From NCBI GenBank assembly GCA_951406725.2, contig OX597831.1, positions 33,604,001-33,668,000 of the forward strand: DNA of 64,000 nucleotides, written 5' to 3'. The translations under genes and the position numbers were made by a program. Of this stretch, positions 26,608 through 41,606 are shown in pieces (position 1 is the stretch's first letter; each line of letters begins with the position of its first letter). This stretch comes from Octopus vulgaris (Eukaryota). The notes beneath the pieces were generated by a model, which was not told the DNA's origin, ran no database searches, and saw only the letters and a program-made list of their open reading frames with translations.

Positions 26608-26825
26608 CGAGGGTGGGGGTTAAAGGTTCCTGGGTTTGGGTAAAAGAAAATACAGGTGCATAAGTTAATTATGATTTTATTCAACATATCCCCCTCTCAG
26701 ATTCTCACACTTATTGCAGCAGATCTTTAGGTTTCCTAAGCCTTATAAAAAAACTGGACAGGCTGGTCCTCCAACCAGGCCTTTCGCGACACCCTTAAAG
26801 CCAGGAACTTTTCAACACCCCCTCG
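26608..26825 (-). mobile_element. Mariner-derived MITE or internal deletion derivative
   Basis: TIRs CGAGGGTGGGGGTTAAAGGTTCCTGGGTTT / AAAGCCAGGAACTTTTCAACACCCCCTCG. Keeps the transposase C-terminus CNKCENLRGGYVE* on the minus strand. Confidence 0.8.
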
Positions 26826-27158
26826 TGTGTATGTATGTATGTATGTATGTATGTATGTATGTATGTATGTATGTATGTATGTATGCATACATAAATATGT
26901 GCAAGGAGTGTGAAAAATGAATGTGCATCGAGAAGTTGACTGGAACTTCATACAAAGTTTCACCAAAACAATATTGTAACGCCTACTGCAAGAGGTGGCC
27001 ATCTCTACAAAGCAGTGTAAGTCTGTAGCCGGAATATAATGCCACATCTGTGCTGCTCATGTTTAAGATATCAATCAAGTGATGGTATTACACGGAGTCG
27101 AGTTGCAGCCGTCATGTATACGTACATACATGTATGTATGCATGCATATATTTTATGG

Positions 27159-27191
<33 letters not shown>

Positions 27192-27612
27192 TGTATGTAT
27201 GTATGTATGTATGTATGTATGTATGTATGTATGCATGTATGTATGTATGTATGTATGTATGTATGTATGTATGTATGTATGTATGTATGCATGTATGTAT
27301 GTATGCATGCATGTATATACATACATATATGTACATACTTACATATATATGTATACACATATGCATATATGGCTAGTGGACGTAATATAACGTAAATAAC
27401 ATGAAATACGAAAACATGGAATACAAACATTTATTTGCAAACACCGAAAGAAACAAATGGAAAACAAGACAAGCAACATAAAGCACGGCCCTTCATCAGT
27501 TGTCGGCTGTTTTTCTACTCCGTATCTCGAGCAATTCACGACAAGATACGTCTTCGAAAAAACAGTTGCTCCCGTAAAGCCAATTAAATAAAATTCGGGA
27601 TTCTGTGGAGGG

Positions 27613-27682
<70 letters not shown>

Positions 27683-27715
27683 GTGTGTGTCTGTGTGTCT
27701 GTGCGCGCGTGCGCA

Positions 27716-27760
27716 CTAGCAATGTACCCCGGCGTTGCCTGGGGTGTTATGACTTACAGC
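27716..27760 (-). mobile_element. Helitron-like 3' terminus
   Basis: GC hairpin 27727-27744, then 7 nt, then CTAG followed by T on the minus strand. Confidence 0.55.
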
Positions 27761-28479
27761 CACATTGTATCATTTGTTACTTTCTTATGGGCAGAATCGG
27801 CACACTAGGAGTATGAAGCAAACAACCCTTCTTTATAAACATGTTTTTCATGATTTTCTGATGTTCAACGCTGCAGTTTCCGTCTACCAAATTCAGTGAC
27901 AAGTCTGTGGTTGGCCTAGTGCTATAGTAGGGAACACTTGCCCAAGGCACCATGCAGGGTGGCAGAAGTGGAACCATGTGGTTGGGAAGCAAACGTCTCA
28001 GCCACAATGTCATTCGTGCACCTAATATGTGTGTGTGTGTGTTTACATTTGTTTTTAAATCGAATATTCTCTCCCACTATGTCTCAAAGCTAGCAGTTCA
28101 TCAATCTATAAAATGAATGCCAGATTGAAATACGTACTGAGGTCAGTATGATCAATTAAATTTTTGAAGGTGATACCCCATCATGGCGACAGTTGAAAGA
28201 CTAAACTTAGTAAGATATTGTTTAAAGACTTAATGGCTTCAAATTTAAGGCAATTTAAGGTAATTAATAATCTCAAGATAAATTCAAAACTTCGTATTAA
28301 ACTTCCATTCTATACGATAACAGTATATGTACATCTCATGTATATATTAGCAATTGTAATTTAAAGTTGAATGGTTGGCAGTAAGAAAGATGCCCAGATT
28401 TAAAAAAAAAATCATTGTGCAAAATATTCCGAGAAAAGGTATTTTTCGCCACAACAAAACACACATGCACGCACACACG

Positions 28480-28543
<64 letters not shown>

Positions 28544-30184
28544 CAGACACACACTCGCACAGAGCTATGTCTGTGGTAACCTGAACTACTAAAATAGCAT
28601 CCAAATCTCTCTTAAAACACACCCTTTCATCAAAAGACAGAATTACAATATTTCAAGAAGAAAGAAAAACTATGCGAAGGGTCTGCTACATTAGAGGCAA
28701 CTCTGGGCTAAACAAAACTCAGACAAACATACTTCACATTTAAAGATTATCCACTAAATAATACTAATAAAATTGATGGTATATCTTCGAAGTTCCATTC
28801 CCTGCTTAAACTCTATGTATTTTAAACATTTTCTCATTGTGCTCCATCTAAGAGCATAATGTTCAGGCAGAGTTGCCTCCCTTAGCTACAGACCTCAAAA
28901 TTGTGCGACCCGACCTCGTTTACGAGGTTATTTTTGTAGTAACAAACATACTTTATTTGGTAGCCGAAAGATTACTGGATCTTTTGATACCTCATACGTC
29001 AAAGTCAGCAACTCAGTCTTCGAATCCATAAGGAGCATACGCGCGCGCACACACACATGCGCATACACTCACACACACACTTGCAAACATACACACATAC
29101 ACACAAAAACTATTTTATCCATTAAGATATATGCATGCATGCATGTATGCATGTATGTATGTATGTATGTATGTATGTATGTATGTTTGTATGGATACAT
29201 GCATGCTTGTATGCATATTTCGTTCTTTTTTAGGTATTTGTTTCTTACAAGACATTGAACCAGTTTCCAACTGCAGATTTGGAACTGAATTCTTGCCAAA
29301 AAGAAAACAGAACCAAAACAAGCAAATAAAAAAAAAAAAGAAAGAGCAAAAGACTCCAGCTTCAACGATGGAACTTGGATAACAAAAATTATATGCTACT
29401 TGTTGCACTCTAGAAAATTTTTTGTGTATTTTACTGTTCAGTAAACACTATTTTTATTTCGCAAAGTGTGTGTTAGCTGATCACAATGTTTGCCTGAAAA
29501 TTCTAGATTTTTTTCTTCAATTGTCACTTAAATATATTCTACTGTACCAAAACGCACCGATAATTATTGGCAAAAATGGGAATGAAGGTAGAGAAACTAC
29601 AGGTTTCGAAGCAGTTGTGTACAAATATTCTTCTCAATAGTTCTAGAAACGTTCATATTGGTTGAGTAGCTGGTCAATGCATGCATGTATGTATGTATGT
29701 ATGTATGTATGTATGTATGTATGTATGTATGTATGTATGTATGTATGCGTGTATGCGTGTATGTATGTATGTATGTATGTATGTATGTATGTATGTATAT
29801 GTATGTATGTAAGTGTATGTACGTATGTATGTATGTATGTATGTATACATATGTGTATATGTCTGCCTGTATACAGGTATGCATGCATGTGTGTATGTAT
29901 GTATGTGACGGCGCATAGCTCTGTGGTTAGAGCGTTGAACTCACAAAGATAAGGTGGTGAGTTCAGATATGAATGGATGAATAAATTTCTTCTTCTTCTT
30001 CTTCTTCTTCTTCTTCTTCTTCTTCTTCTTCTTCTTCTTCTTCTTCTTCTTCTTCTTCTTCTTCTTCTTCTTCTTCTCCTTCTTCTTCTTCTTCCACTTC
30101 ACATTTCCCTCTTCCAAAAATCTCTCCCAAGTTAAATGGAAAAATTCTTCAGTGTTTATCGCTGTCTGCTGATGGCGTTTTGCG

Positions 30185-30830
30185 TCTCTCTCTCTCTCTC
30201 TTTCTACCCTCCTCACTCTCTTTCTCCCCTCTCTCTACCCTCCTCACTCTCTTTCTCCCCTCTCTCTTCCTTTCTCCCTATCTCTCTTTACCTTTCTCTC
30301 TCTCTACCGTTGTCTCTCTCTTTCTCCCATCTCTCTACCTTTCTCCCTCTCTCTCTTTACCTTTCTCCCTTTCTCTCTTTACCTTTCTCCCTCTCTCTCT
30401 TTCTCCCCTCTCTCTTCCTTTCTCTCTCTCTTTCTCCCTCTCTCTACCCTTCTCCCTATCTCTCTTTACCTTTCTCTCTCTCTCTACCGTTGTCTCTCTC
30501 TTTCTCCCATCTCTCTACCTTTCTCGCTCTCTCTCTCTCTCTCTTTACCTTTCTCTCTCTCTTCTCCCCTCTCTCTTCCTTTCTCTCACACTCTCTCTTT
30601 CTTTCTCTTTCTCTACCTCTCTCTCTCTCTACCTTTCTCTCTCTCTCTACCTTTCTCTCTCACTCTCTCTTTCTTTTATCTGTCTATATATTTCTTTCTT
30701 TCTCTTTTTCTCCCCCTCACTATCTTTCTCTCTCTTTACCTCCCTCACTCTCTCTACCTTTATCTCTCTCGTTCTCTCACTCTATCTTTCTCCCCCTCTA
30801 CCTTTCTCTCTCTCTTTCTACCCCCTCTCT
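30185..30830. repeat. CT-rich low-complexity tract with internal ~180-bp duplication
   Basis: TCTCTACCGTTGTCTCTCTCTTTCTCCCATC at 30301 and 30481. Confidence 0.9.
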
Positions 30831-31229
30831 CACATACACACACACAACACACGCTCACAATCACCCAATCCTCACAAATATATTTTTCAATAGTTTTAGC
30901 AATTTCCTTTAAGCATTCTCTTTCTATTCTCAATTTCTTTTCCATTTTCTTGTTTCATCGTTTTGTCTTACATATTTTTTAAAAATAAAAATTTCATTTC
31001 ATATTCTCATATATCTTCACAGAACTACTTAAAACAGCGAATAAAGATATTTTGAAATCCTTCAGAATAGAACATATCTATTTATATAGTATCTTTCTGT
31101 TATATCTGTTCACCAGAGAAGTTCTGAATAAATTTAAAATGTTTGGTATCTGGATTACGAATTGGGAATGTTGCGTGTTTCTGCATACGGTCATACAGTT
31201 TGCTAATTTCCAATCTTACGTGTTTGTAC

Positions 31230-31280
<51 letters not shown>

Positions 31281-31345
31281 GTATATATATATATCGGTAT
31301 ATATATGTATCTGCGGAAGGCGTTTGCGTGATGTATTTGCACAGA

Positions 31346-31404
<59 letters not shown>

Positions 31405-31448
31405 CATCATTATCATTATCACCATCACCATCATCATCATCATCATCG

Positions 31449-31495
<47 letters not shown>

Positions 31496-32364
31496 GTCGT
31501 CGTCATCGTCATCGTCGTCATCCCCCCTCCTCCACCTCCTCCTCCTCCTCCTCCTCATCATCATTATCGTCATTGTCATCTTCGTCATCCCCCCTCCTCC
31601 TCCTCCTCCTCATCATCATCCTCATCACAGTCCTGTTGTATGATTATATACACACGCTTAGTACTGTATGATTTTTATACACGCTACATGCTACAGGATT
31701 TATTTCCAGGATTTATGAGATCTTGGAAACAAGTTTTCATATTTTCCTACCTCTATGACGGTATGTGACGGTTTGTGACGGTCTGTATAAGTATATGTAT
31801 ATTGTACGTTGAATATATATATATATATATGCATATATGTATATATGTGTGCATGTATGTATATACATATGCATATACATACATATAAATGTATACACAC
31901 ATACGCATCTATATACAAACATACATACACACAATCACATGCACGCACTCACACAAACACACACGGTTGTAGGCATAAGATGATGGATTTAAGAGATTTT
32001 ACTGCCATACATACATAAATACATACATACACACACTCATATATATATATATACATATATACATATATATATATAAATATGAAAAGTAGTAGAAAAGGGG
32101 TGAAAATGCGCTAAATTTATATGTATGCATACGTATATAAATATATGTATAAAAAATTTTATTTTTTAACATAGGAGATAAATATTTCTTCTATATATCT
32201 GAATATGTGTAAATAAAGATACAAAATTTTGTTTTCGCATAAAAAAGGTGTTTCATTATAAAAGTTTTTGCTGTAGAAATATTGGTGTAAGTTTTGCTGC
32301 AAAAAATGAGAATCATGTTTTACTGTAAATTTTGTATGAAAAAAAGTTTTACTGATTAAATATT

Positions 32365-33030
32365 AATAGCGGAGTTACAGCGTCGAAAATTTTTTGACTG
32401 GAGGACAGTTTCGAAATCCTTTTACTGACATCCTTTACTAGGTTCTTGAACACGATGGATGGGTGGCAGGAGGCTGTGTTAATGTATGGCAGCCTTTCGT
32501 TTGGATAAGGGGTAGGGCCTGTGCGAACAGGTCTCCAGATTCAACATAACGTCTAAAACGTTGACAACAGTTACGTTGGTTACAGTTGTGATCTTGAGTC
32601 AAAGGGTTTTAAGGTTGCAAATCAGCTCCTTCCTAAGCCTATTTAGGATATGTCCGTTCTAGCACCTCTAGAAAAGGCTACAACGTCATCTCTGTATAAA
32701 TTCCGAAAAGGACTGATAGGAAACTCTTCGTTAAGGTATTCAGTATCTACAATTCTATGAGGGTAGCGGACATCTACGCTGCCGAAGGCTCCTATCGCCA
32801 GACCGAAGGAGCCAACTTGGTTAGTTTGTTTGACCCAGGACGAACCTTTATTGAACAGCAGCGTTTTCCTAGCGTGCGTAATTAAGTCAATGTCCCTATG
32901 GCAAATGTCAGTAAGTTAGGAATTTTACTGACATCTTATTCAAGAACCTAATGAAGAACGTCAGTAAGGAGATTGGAACCTGTCCTCCAGTCAAGAAAAT
33001 TTCGACGCCGCGGCTCCCTATTCCAACGAG
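32365..33030 (-). mobile_element. Penelope-like RT relic (core to thumb) with an inverted partial copy
   Basis: DIDLITHARKTLLFNKGSSWVK...LYRDD...VNVLDVMLNL...YINTASCHPSIVFKNL..RISKLSS. Segment 32939-33020(+) repeats the FKNL..LSSSQENFDAAAPY part in inverted orientation. Confidence 0.85.
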
Positions 33031-33193
33031 ACTATAGTAGAAGATGCTTACCCAAGATGTCACGCAGCGGGACTGAATCCTGAACCTGTTGGTTTGGAAA
33101 CAAACTTGTTACCAATACACACACACATATTTACGTATATACATATACATATATATATATACACACATACATGTATATATATGTATATATATG

Positions 33194-33249
<56 letters not shown>

Positions 33250-33250
<1 letters not shown>

Positions 33251-33598
33251 TCTTACTCTTTTACTCTTTTACTTGTTTCAGTCATTTGACTGCGGCCATG
33301 CTGAGCACCACCTTTTAGTACTTATTCTATCGGTCTTTTTGCCGAACCGCTAAGTGACGGGGACATAAACACACCAGCATCGGTTGTCAAGCAATGCTAG
33401 GGGGACAAACACAGACACACAAACACACAAATACATATATACGACAGGCTTCTTTCAGTTTCCGTCTACCAAATCCATCACAAGGCATTGGTCGGCCCGG
33501 GGCTATAGCAGAAGACACTTGCCCAAGATGCCACGCAGTGGGACTGAACCCGCAACCGTGTGATTGGTTAGCAAGCTACTTACCACACAGCCACTCCA
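33250..33598 (-). mobile_element. SINE B
   Basis: Reverse complement of the family B consensus, with an internal deletion. Confidence 0.85.
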
Positions 33599-34025
33599 TA
33601 CATATATATATACACATAAACAAACATATATAGGTATACATACTTACATAAATATATATATATATACATAAAGCGAGAGAGAGAGTGAGTGAGAGAGAGT
33701 GTTGGAATTTTAAAGATGTTGTTCATAAATATATAACGGAAAATTAAGTCCACATTTTTCTTTCATTTTCCGTTGTAGAAAAGAAAATATTAAAAAATGA
33801 AAAAAAACAAAAAACAAGTAAAACGTAAAAAGAAAACCAGAGGAAAGAAAAAAACAAGTCAATCTGGATGGATCCTACTGTGAAATTATGCAATTGTAAA
33901 ATTCCTCAGCATATATTGTTGCATATTGAGCAGAAATATGTCTGTAATAAGCAGAGAAATTCTAACATGAAAATGTTTAAAATAATTTTGGGTTATATAT
34001 TTTTTATGGCAAATAAAGAGAGAGA

Positions 34026-34107
<82 letters not shown>

Positions 34108-34324
34108 CGCTGTTTAAATTCAAAGGCTTTTAGAAATAGTCTAAGAAGTAATATTTGGAATGTAAAAGTGAAATATCTTGAAAAATAAATTTACAGCAAT
34201 CTATATTTTATTGTAATAACAGAGGTATCGTTAACTTAAGAATGTTGACATGTAAGCGGGGTAGCAACATGGAGTAACTTTGTGCTGATGCGTGCATAAG
34301 AAGGCAAATATGTTTGTAAGAATA

Positions 34325-34945
34325 TTGGTTTCAAATTTTGGAACTAGGCCAGTAAGTTCGACAGGAGGGGCGAAGTCGATTACATCGACTTCTGTGCTCA
34401 TCTGGTGCTTATTTGATCGAAATCCGTAAAAATGAAAGGCAAAGGAATTTGAACTCAGATCGTAAAGATCGCGAAGAGTTTTTCCCGGTGCGCGCTAACG
34501 TTTCTACCAATTCGCCTTCTTAAAGGTCTCTAAGAATACTGACTTCAAATTCTGGCCCAACGCCAGCAATTTTAGGGGAGGGGATAAGTTGATTTCATCG
34601 ACTCCAGTACTCAGCTAGTACTTATTTTATCGAACCCGAAAAAAAATATGTAAGGTAAAGCTTACGTCTGCGGAATTTGAACTCGCAACGTATATTTCTT
34701 TATTGCCCACAAGGGGCTAAACATAGAGGGGACAAACAAGGACAGACAAAGGGACTGAGTCGATTAAAGGGACTGAGTCGATTATATCGACTCCAGTGCT
34801 TAACTGGTACTTTATTTATCGACCCCGAAAGGATGAAAGGCAAAGTCGACCTTGACGGAATTTGAACTCACAATGTAAAGACAGACGAAATGCTGCTAAG
34901 CATCTTTGCCAGAGGTGATAATGATTCTGCCAGATCACCGTCTCA
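34325..34945 (-). mobile_element. Cluster of three SINE A copies
   Basis: Repeated GGAATTTGAACTC motifs. The third copy has the Tx1-like tail and a duplicated AAGGGACTGAGTCGATTA. Confidence 0.8.
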
Positions 34946-35671
34946 AATCTCTGAAAGAATATTCTTCAGAAATTAAGGAAGTGATTCGTAAGTGAGGTAC
35001 ACACAAACGGACATACATCCACCCGTACATTCTCATACACATATTTATATAACCCTCCTAGGAAATAACGCACAGCAGCTTAATAAAACTGTTTAAGGAA
35101 TACCAGTTGCGTTAGTGTTTAAATTAAAGGTTAAAAACAATGTTTATATTTGAAGTCTACAATGACTTAATTGTAATTTAATAAGGATAGATTAAAGAAA
35201 AAACAACAACAATCAAAACATTTTATTAAATATAGCGAAGTTATAATTATATTTACTGTAGAAATGTAATTATAATGATTAAAGCAAGAACTAAAAATAT
35301 AATCTGACCTTTTAATTATTCTTGAAAAATGAATTTCAAAATAGAATAAATATGTAATACTATATAACATTATTATTTAAAGCGGAGTCTATGTGAGTCA
35401 CTCTTCGGAGTTTCTCGCTCCCGATTTCCAATAATAGTATTTTATTCTTGTGAAATCCAGACTTTTCCCATAAGGCCATACTTTAACCCTTTAACTACGA
35501 AATTTAATCTCATAGTTATTCCAGGGATGATGTTAAATATTTACCGAAAAGAACTGGTATTTGATGTAAGTTACGTTGCCTCATTAAACTTGATATATCT
35601 CAACGAAAAAAAAAAGTTTCAAACATGACATTTCGCCAAAACATACTGTTCGGGATATTTGAACTGCTTTA

Positions 35672-35887
35672 AGGCGGCGAACTGGCAGAATCGTTTGCAC
35701 ACCAGGAAAAAAATGCTTAGCGGCATTTCGTCCCTCTTTACGTTCTGAGTTCAAATTCCACAGTGGTCGACTTTACCTTTCATCCTTTCGGGGTCGATAA
35801 AATAAGTACCAGTTGAGCACTGGAGTCGATATAATCGACCTACAAACTCCTTCAAAATTGCTGGCCTTGTGCCAACATTTGAAACCG
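35672..35887 (+). mobile_element. SINE A, full length
   Basis: Complete head, core and tail. Flanking direct repeat includes AACTGCTTT (35662-35670, 35896-35904). Confidence 0.9.
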
Positions 35888-35908
35888 ATATATTAAACTG
35901 CTTTCCAC

Positions 35909-36305
35909 AGGCGCAGGAGTGGCTGTGTGGTAAGTAGCTTGTTTACCAACCACATGGTTCCGGGTTCAGTCCCACTGCGTGGCACCTTGGGCAAGTGTCT
36001 TCTACTATAGCCCCGGGCCGACCAAAGCCTTGTAAGGGGATTTGGTAGACGGAAACTGAAAAGAAGCCCGTCGTATATATGTATATATATGCGTGTGTGT
36101 GTTTGTACCCCTAGCATTGCTTGACAACCAATGCTGGTGTGTTTATGTCCCCGTTACTTAGCGGTTCGGCAAAAGAGATCGATAGAATAAGTACTGGGCT
36201 TATAAAAAAAGAATAAGTCCCGGGGTCGAGTTGCTCGATTAAAGGCGGTGCTCCAGCATGGCCGCAGTCAAATGACTGAAACAAGTAAAAGAGAGTAAAG
36301 AGAGT
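35909..36305 (+). mobile_element. SINE B, full length
   Basis: TGGCTGTGTGG A box, GGTTCAGTCCC B box, CORE-like CACCTTGGGCAAGTG, and (TAAAAGAG)-type tail. Confidence 0.92.
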
Positions 36306-36529
36306 TATAGATAATGATTTCTGCAGTAAAATGGTTAATGGAGGAGAGGGTTAAGGACTCAATGGCTACAGTTTTATTATGCTTGGTTAAGGCATTATAA
36401 TGTCCAGTATGAAATAGAAGAGAGAAACATGCGAATCAGTGAGCAACAAACCAGGGATCCACCGTGCTCCCAAGTACACTAAAAAGCGCCTGCAATCTCG
36501 TCATGTTATCTGTATCTATAAAAGGCCTG

Positions 36530-36562
<33 letters not shown>

Positions 36563-37147
36563 TGATTGTAATTTATGCACGTCCACAAATTAGCACGCAT
36601 GTCTCTCCAATTTTAGGAGGACATTCGTCAACATCCTATCTGGTTTTTGTCAACTTATGTATTTCCCGAGGCACACGAGGATAGCGGTAAAAATCTATTT
36701 TCAGCATATATTTTGAAAGCTGCTATCATGAGTTAAATCCCTTTTAGCCATAGCCAAGCGAAAGTATGTGTCAGGGAGAGAGAGAAGTTGCGCGTTGATG
36801 TATGTGTGCGTGTGTGGGAGAGAGAGAAGTTGCATGTTGATGTATATGTGTGTGTGAGGGAGAGAGAGTGTTTCGCAACGTCTAACAAAAATAGTGTGTA
36901 AGAAAGAGTGGGAGATAGTTGGACAAGCGTTATTATCGGTCTAACAAAAAAAAAACAAGATAAAGAAAAGTGGAAGATAGGCAGAGAGTTTCACAGCGTC
37001 TAAACAAAAAAGGGAAAGACAAAGTGCGGGAGAGAGTGACGACGTTCATAAAAAATAATCTGTAAAACGTTTTGTTTTTTCTTAAACACGAGATATTGTG
37101 TCCAATATAACACTTTAGTGGAACAAAGTACATGTATATATGTTTTA

Positions 37148-37217
<70 letters not shown>

Positions 37218-37226
37218 GTATATCTA

Positions 37227-37266
<40 letters not shown>

Positions 37267-37347
37267 TGTATATATATATATATAATATACATAATATATA
37301 TTATATATATATTATATATATAAATATGTATATATATATAATACATA

Positions 37348-37415
<68 letters not shown>

Positions 37416-37427
37416 CATACATACATA

Positions 37428-38372
37428 CTAGCTGACATACACGCTATGTCCCGAGAAAGCGGGGGCTTATCCCTTGGTATCGTTCTCATAATTGTTTTGC
37501 TAATCCATCCAATAACAACAATACCAAGTATGTAGTCCTTAAAACGGTGTTTGTGAATTTACAGAGAATACCGAACTGTCTTACGCAGGATCTTGTTTTT
37601 GGGAATTCCCAATAAGTTATGAATACCCAAAACGTGAAGTCAGTTATATAATAACATGAAATTAGTTACCCGATAGTAAGAATTCAAACAAAGTAACCCC
37701 GAAAAGGGCTTTAATATGTTCCCAGAGTAAATAGAACTTAGGAGGAAATACTAATAAAGTATGTATACTAAAATCGTGAAGCATGTTACGTAATTACAGG
37801 CTAATCAGATATGAGATAATAGCAATTCAAAGTAAATAACTCTGAAAAGGGCTTTTGTGCGTTCCCAGAGAATATTACCCTCAGCGGCGCTAGTGTTGGT
37901 ATATTCGTGAATACGTCACTAACCGAAATACGTGGATCTACTGTTTAGAAAAATACTATTTACTTGTTTAAGCGTTGTACTGGATAAATTGCGAAAATAT
38001 GTCTACCAGTTCAAATACTAAGAAATAAGCATACTCAAACTGATTTATACCAAATAATTTACGAAGATGAATGGGTTATTTTCCTTGGCTATATTACAGA
38101 TCCCTTCCAGGAGCGAATGGGTTTTTTTTCCCTTGGATGTTTAATAAAATATATTTGTTTTATGTAGTAGATATAAGGATCTCTTTCAGGGGCCCTAGTA
38201 TAGATATTTTTCAACAATTTAAGTATATCACAAGGTTTCCAGACACGAGTTCTACTCACGTATCAAGTTTCATAAAAATTGATAAAACGATGTCGGAGGA
38301 GTTAGGTAACAAACCCACAAACAAACACACATACAAATAGAATTTTCCACATATGTAATATATATATATTTA
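37428..38372 (-). mobile_element. Non-autonomous Helitron-like element with internal ~140-bp tandem duplication
   Basis: Minus-strand 3' end is a CCCG..CGGG hairpin, then CTAG followed by T. The 5' region has the (GTTT)n...GTTACC...TTTTATGAAACTT pattern of animal non-autonomous Helitrons. GAAAAGGGCTTT..GTTCCCAGAG occurs twice. Confidence 0.6.
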
Positions 38373-38417
38373 TATTCATATAAATACACACACACACACA
38401 CACACATACACACACAC

Positions 38418-38452
<35 letters not shown>

Positions 38453-38468
38453 CATATGAATATATATG

Positions 38469-38795
38469 AAGGTGCATGGCTCAGTGGTTTGAGAGTCGGG
38501 CTTAGAATCATGAGGTAGTGAGTTGGATTCCTGGACTGGGCCATGTGTTGTGTTCTTGAGCAAGACACTATATTTCACGTTGCTCCATTTTCACTCAGCT
38601 GTAGAATTGAGTTGCGTGCCAAGCTATATTGGGCTTTGCTTTTTCCTTTGATAATATCGGTAGCGTGGTGTGGAGAGGGGAGGCTGGTATGCATGGGCGA
38701 CTGATGGTCTTCTATAAACAACTTTGCCCGGACTTGTGCTTCGGAGGGGTACATTCTAGATGCAATCTCATGGATATTCATGACTGAAGGGGCCA
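38469..38795 (+). mobile_element. tRNA-derived SINE family D
   Basis: TGGCTCAGTGG A box, GAGTTGGATTCC B box, TGTGTTCTTGAGCAAGACAC core. Second copy at 42607-42925. Confidence 0.88.
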
Positions 38796-39410
<615 letters not shown>

Positions 39411-39879
39411 TCATTTATATGTGTATGTATGTGTGTGAGTGTGTGCCATTTATGTGTGCTATTTATATGTGTTTGTGGGTGCCATTTATGTGTGTGTGCG
39501 TGTCATTTATATGTGTATGTATGTATGCGCCATTTATGAGTGTGAGTATGTACCATTTACATATTTACATGCGTGACATTTATATATGTGCTATTTATGT
39601 GTGTGTGTGCCATTTATGTGTGTATGCGTGCTATTTATATGTGTGCGTATGTGTGTGCCATTTATGTGCGTATGTGTGTGCCATTTATATGTGTGTGTAT
39701 TACTTATCTGTCTGTCCCCGTTCATGTTCCCGTCCATAACTCTGTTGTTGTTCTTCCCCGCAAGAGAAATTATATTAATCATAAAACAAAGAAACTAATT
39801 CACTTTGAAAACATTAAGCATTGCAGGGCTTCTTTGTTGATGTTACCTTGTCACTGAATAGGCAAAGTGACGTCATCAG

Positions 39880-40880
39880 TATGGCGGCGGTTGCAATGGT
39901 GGTAGTCGTAGAGGGTGGTCATGTTGGTAGTAGCGTAATAGCAGTAGTAGAGGTGGTGGTAGTAGCACTGGTGTTAGTTGGTTATTGTAGCGGTAATAAA
40001 AGTAGTTTTAGTGGTGTTGGTAGTAGTAGTAGTAGTAATAATAGTGCAGGTGGTGGTAGTATTGATGTTGTGGTAGCAACAGTTATAGTAGTGGTAGAGA
40101 TGTTGGTTGTAGTAGTGGGGATAGTGGCAGTAACAAGAGTGGTGGTAGTGATAGCAACAGTAGTAGTAGTAGTGGTAGTGGTAGTACTGATAGCAACATT
40201 AGTAGTGATAGTGGTGGTTGTAGTTGTGGTGGTAGTGCCAGTAACAGTAAGAGTGGTGCTGGTTGTAGTGGTAGTAGTTGTGGTAGTAGTTGCTTTGGTG
40301 ATAGTAGTGGTGGTACTGATGGCAACATTAGTAGTGGTAGTGATGGTTGTAGTTGTGGTGGTAGTACCAGTGACAGTAATAGTGGTGCTGGTAGTAGTGG
40401 TAGTAGTTGTGGTGGGTAACAGTTGTGGTAGTAGTAGCTTTGGTGGTAGTAGTGGTGGTGGTACTAATAGCAACATTAGTAGTGATAGTGGTGGTTGTAG
40501 TTGTGGTGGTAGTATCAGTAACAGTAATAGTGGTACTGGTAGTAGTGGTAGTAGTTGTGGTGGGTAACAGTTGTGGTGATAGTAGCTTTGGTAGTAGTAG
40601 TGGTGCTAGTAGTAGCAGAACAGTAGTGGTGGTGGTAGCAGCTGTGATGGTAGTTGTGGTGGAGGTTGCGGTGGTGGTAGTGGTAGCAACAGTACTAGTG
40701 GTGTTGGTGGTAGTAGTTCTGTTGGTCGATGGCGTTACCAGTGTCAGTAGTAGTAGTAGTATCAATAATAATAGTAGTGGTAGTAGTTGTAGTATTAGCA
40801 GTGGTCAGTGCTAGTAGTGGCGGTTATAGTTGTAGTGGTTCCTGGTTGTGGTAGTAGTTGCAGTGATAGTAGTCGATGGT
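39880..40880. repeat. Degenerate (GTA/GTG)n tract with three internal ~130-150-bp units
   Basis: GCAACATTAGTAGTG anchor at about 40193, 40322 and 40470. Confidence 0.9.
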
Positions 40881-41566
40881 TATGATTTTTATTGTTGTTG
40901 CTCCTGCTGTAGTTTCATTTGCTTTTGTTACTTTTGTTGTTGCTGTGGTTACTATTATTGTTGTTTGTTTTGTCTTTGTATATTTTTTTTATCTTGTATA
41001 TTTTACTTGTTTCAATCATTGGGCTGCTGCCATGCTGGGGCAACACCTTAAAGAATTAAGTCGAACAAAATCGACTCCAGTAGATATTAAAAAAACAAAA
41101 AAAAATGTGGTACTTATTCTATCAGGGTTCTTTTTGCCGAACTGCTAAGTCACAGGGATGTAAAGAAACCCAACACCGGTTGTAAAGCAGCGCAGGCGAG
41201 ACAAGCACAAACATACACATACATACATAATACATACATACACGCACACACACACGCACACACACGCACACACACGCACACACACACACACGCACATACA
41301 CGCACATACACGCACATACACACATACGCGCACATTCACACGCACACAGATATATAAGATGGGCTTCCGCACAGTTTCCATTTACTATGGCAGTAGCTGC
41401 TGTTATTGTGGATGTGCTGGGCAGTGACCGATCTGGGATTATGCAATCAACTGTATGCTTCTCTGGCATCTATTTATACATTTTCCCATGCTGAACGGTG
41501 AATGGTCTCGCTTGTTAACCTTTTACACATTCGTCCATTTTGTTATTCACATTGTTTAAAGTCGAG

Positions 41567-41606
<40 letters not shown>

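Noticed and set aside
30136-31768. Long Leu/Ser, poly-Ile, poly-His and poly-Asp ORFs
   Set aside because: They are translations of (CT)n, (ATT)n and (CAT)n repeats.
39982-40765. Thr-rich mucin-like ORFs on the minus strand
   Set aside because: Several frames are open because of the trinucleotide composition. I saw no signal peptide, Pro/Ser pattern or splice context. RNA-seq would be needed to revive the idea.
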